Assembly (NCBI GenBank): GCA_008632985.1
Contig: QPGO01000225.1
Location: 1 to 64,000 of the forward strand
Direction of reading: 5' to 3'
DNA: 64,000 nt
Source: Psammoneis japonica
Lineage: Eukaryota
In this document: positions 60,649-64,000 of the stretch, piece by piece
How the letters are laid out: each line of letters begins with the position of its first letter
Numbering within the stretch: position 1 is the stretch's first letter
The notes under the pieces: model-generated
What the model was told of the DNA's origin: nothing
What the model saw: only the letters and a program-made list of their open reading frames with translations
The model's database searches: none
Program-made: the position numbers and the translations under genes

Positions 60649-63400
60649 ATGGAGGAGCAAAGCAGTGGTGGCACCTCCCAAGCCCAATTGGCTGAGTTGG
60701 ACAGTGCCAACAATGGCAACACTGGCGGCTCCGATTTGACGCCCGTGAAAGCCCCTGCCAAAAGAGCAAGAGTGGACCTTGGGGGTCAACCTGCCAAACA
60801 CATGGTTGCTCATGCTGCAAACATGACCAACCACACACCTCCTGCATTTGCTTCCACAAATGCAAGAACAAGGAAGGGCTCTCAACTTGTGGCTCAAGTG
60901 ACATGCATTTGGGTGAGAAGCTGCGGAAAACTTCTGACCTCCCCAGAATCCAGCCTGCTTCAGCCAAAGATTTCTCAACTCATTGACAACACCCCTGATG
61001 CTGCTGACAAACAAGACAAAGACAAGGCTGACACCAAAGCCAACAAAGAGAACATTGCACCCAACAATCAAGAGATGGATGCTGACAAGAGCAGAGGCGG
61101 CAAGGATGTTGACACTGCCACAGAGGGGGGTGTGCAGTTGGAGGACAGAGATGAGGGCTCAGAGGGGCCTGTTCTTCTGTCAATTGATGACACCAATGTT
61201 GCACCCAACAACTTCAATTCAGAAGCATGACAGATCATGTGCAAGATGCATGGCAAGACACATCATCTCAGTGACCAGCGCTGAGCCAGATGGTGGAACA
61301 TTGGTTGACAAGACACGGCAAGAGCGTTGGCACGCCGGCTGGTGCCCCACCCACAGCAATGATGCAAGCCGTGCCAAATGGCACAGCTGGAAAACAATTC
61401 ATTGCAATGTTGGCAGAGGTGCTGCATTGAGTCACAACACAGAAGTGGAGCTCAGAAAGGTTCGCAGTGTGCCAAACGGTCATTTTGCAGCGGGGTTGCA
61501 ATGCTGCTGCCGGAGCTTCAAGATGTCCATGTTGCTGACAGCAGTGCTGTCAAGACCACCACAATGCAGGACTTGATGAATCTGATGCTGATGCATTGTC
61601 AGAGTGGCTTCTGCATGGTAAAAAGGCCAGCAGATTGCTTGGAGAAGTGTGGCGCATGTTTGTAAATTGGCCAGCAAATGAGTCACCTCCATGTGCTGCC
61701 AGCTGTGCAATCATGCTGGCACAACAACTTGTCGCCCCAGACAAAAATCTGGTGGTGCATCTGGTTGGCATGGGGTGTGTGTGGCAATGAGCAATGAGCC
61801 ACTGTTGGGGCCACTCTCTCAGTTGCAGGAGCAGAGGCCAAAGGCCAAGGAAGCTTGTGGGACAGACCAGCTGTGCACTCTTGACCAGAATCAGGCATCA
61901 AAGGCACCATCCATGCAATGAGCATGCTCTGGGAGCAACACAAATTCAAAGATGACTGCAGGTTTCTCTTTGTTGACACCTCCAATGGCTTCAACAAAAA
62001 GAACAGGATCCCAATGCCACACAATGTGAGACACCTTTAGCCATCTGGTGCAAGGTTCACTTTCAAGCTGCAAGCATTGGAGCATCTTGACCATCCATGG
62101 GAACTTTGGGGTGGCCTTCAATGCAGCAATGCAATTGGCACAACAGTGCATGGACCAGAGTTGAGCAAACATTTCAAGGATGCATTCACCCCTTGGCATG
62201 CCAATGACTCTGCAGCAGCAGGAAAATTCAACATCCTGCTGATTTTTTCTTGAGAAACTCTCCAAGCCAAAGGCCCCAGGCATGGATGCTGCCCTGCTGT
62301 CAACTCCAATGACATCCTGACAGTCCCAGAGTGCAACTTGGAAAAAACACCAGCGCAACATTCTGCCAGTGCCAATCGGTGAGATCTTGGCTGATGACAA
62401 CCACCCAAGAGTTGCCCCATCTGCCATCCCAATCAAAATTTTTGGGGCTGTTCATCTGTCATCCCATGGAGTCTGCAGCTCACAACTGCAAAGCAAGTGC
62501 TCTCACATGCTCTCCCATGTGATCAAGTCACTCCATGGCTGATCCCAGCCCTCTTCCACAGTCCACTGGGACACACTGCATGCAAAGTGAAATGAGAAGC
62601 AGCCAAATGAAAAGTTGAAACACACGAGGAGACCCTCAAAATGACTCTCAGGACTCTGCCAGACCTCAAGGCCAGAGCTGTCAAGCACAGCAGTGTGACT
62701 GTCAGTGCACCCGTCAACACTGAATTGCACGGAACTGTCGCGCCAAGAGTTCTGCAATGCGCTCTTCTTTTTGTGGCATGGCGGCACTCCGCCAGACCTC
62801 TCTGAGCACTGCAATCTGATTGGCAAGGCTTGCAAACCTTCCCACACATGCAATGAACCTCTCATCAACCCCGCTGGTTGTTGCATCTCAGGAAGCCCAC
62901 ACACCTTCTCTCCAACAAGTCCAAAGATGGCAATCACAAAAATCTTCTTGCCATGAGATTTTAGGACAGAAAGACAGACATGGTGTTGGGCATTCACGCT
63001 CCTGATGAGGGCAAAGTCTTGCCTGTCTGAAACACCAGAAGAGGTCCTGGCAATGCTGTGGCTGGCGTGGCACCCCCAGAGCATTGTAGAGACAATTTTT
63101 GCTTCTTCTCATCTTGGGGCTGCCCACTCTGGCATGCACTGGCGGTGCCCCCCCCCACCAAGCACCACAGCGTGGCAAGACATTGCCACACTGGTGACAA
63201 CACAAGTGACCAAGATCAAGGGAAGGCATCTTTCTTTGCACTGGCTTGGTTCATTTTGCTGCCACAGCAAGCAAGGCCCCGCTGGCTTGAGTGGAAGATT
63301 CTGGGTTCCCTCTTCTCAATTTTTCTGTGGATCCCCATCTTGCTCTGGCTGATTGTCACATCCATGAATGACACAAGAACAGTCTGATTCCATTGCTTCC
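60649..63400 (+). mobile_element. Second degenerate non-LTR retrotransposon (RLE/CRE-like RT)
   Basis: GFLFVDTSNGFNKKNR (motif A), PSGARFTF, WHANDSAAAG (WYADD), GPRHGCCP (GP..GY.P), TELSRQEFCNAL followed by a Cys-rich knuckle. Confidence 0.7.
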
Positions 63401-64000
63401 CATCTTGCATGGTTTTAACTCTCATGATCATGGATCACGCATGTCCTCCACCCCCTGCACTTTTGCATCAACTGGCAATGACAACAATGTTGCCCCTGAT
63501 GAAGTGAGGATTGCCAATGAGCACAAGCACCCAGCTGAGGTGCAAGGTGGTTGAGGCAACATGGAACAAAACAACTCAGATGAACAAGAAGAAGAGTGCT
63601 TGATTGAGCAGCTTGTGTGGGAAGATTTGAGGAGCAACATCTTTGAAATGGTTAAAAAGGTGACCAAGAAACCATGCCATCCAACCAGTGAAGGAAATGT
63701 CCGCTGTTTTGCCAACCTCAAAGATTTTTTATTTTGTTGCCCGGGCAATCATGCTGGGCTTGCTTTTGCAATGTCTGGGAAAATGTGCATTGTGATGATT
63801 TGGCTGTCATTAAAATTGCCTTGACACATGTCTTGTTTGCAACCCAAGACCAAGAACCAACTCAAAAAATGCCACAGTGCCGTGCACTGCACACCATCAA
63901 TTCTTTGAACTTTTCTCATCTCATCCACTTGCAAGATTCTCAAGGACATCAACATGCACATTTGTGGGGAGTTTGCTGTCATTGTTCTGACACATGGACC

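Larger units (their letters stand above)
50980..64000. other. TpA-depleted hypermutated domain (CpG partly retained at ~53.8-57.9 kb)
   Basis: TA nearly absent to the end of the window, with nested retroelement remnants. Confidence 0.85.

Noticed and set aside
1..64000. Alternative genetic code or selenoprotein explanation for Tyr-free proteins
   Set aside because: Island genes use the standard code with normal Tyr, and the bias is dinucleotide-based and frame-independent.
1..64000. Classical fungal RIP or simple CpG decay as the whole explanation
   Set aside because: RIP increases TpA, and CpG decay does not remove TpA. Some segments keep CpG but lack TpA.

Overview
Eukaryotic genomic DNA, most likely a diatom or other stramenopile (inferred from short GT-AG introns, gene types and retroelement families). 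The window is a mosaic of two sharply bounded sequence states. (A) Normal-composition gene islands at ~8.2-10.6 kb, ~22.1-27.6 kb and ~41.1-51.0 kb. They carry a TET/JBP-like dioxygenase, a kelch protein, an ankyrin plus CbbX/SpoVK-type AAA+ ATPase, an ABHD14-like hydrolase, an AlkB-SRA fusion, an arrestin-like pseudogene and a PhyH-like dioxygenase. (B) Transposon-derived domains (Copia, Gypsy, two RLE-type non-LTR elements, a tandemly duplicated DDE transposase) in which TpA is almost erased, usually along with CpG. Duplicated copies and conserved RT motifs (YVDD to CVDD, YYRD to CCRD, WYADD to WHAND) show directional TpA to TpG/CpA transitions. This looks like a repeat-targeted 'reverse-RIP' hypermutation and is the main candidate for an undescribed system. 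Most of the short Tyr-free, Cys/His-rich ORFs in the track are artefacts of TAA/TAG loss. All calls come from reading motifs by eye; no searches were run.
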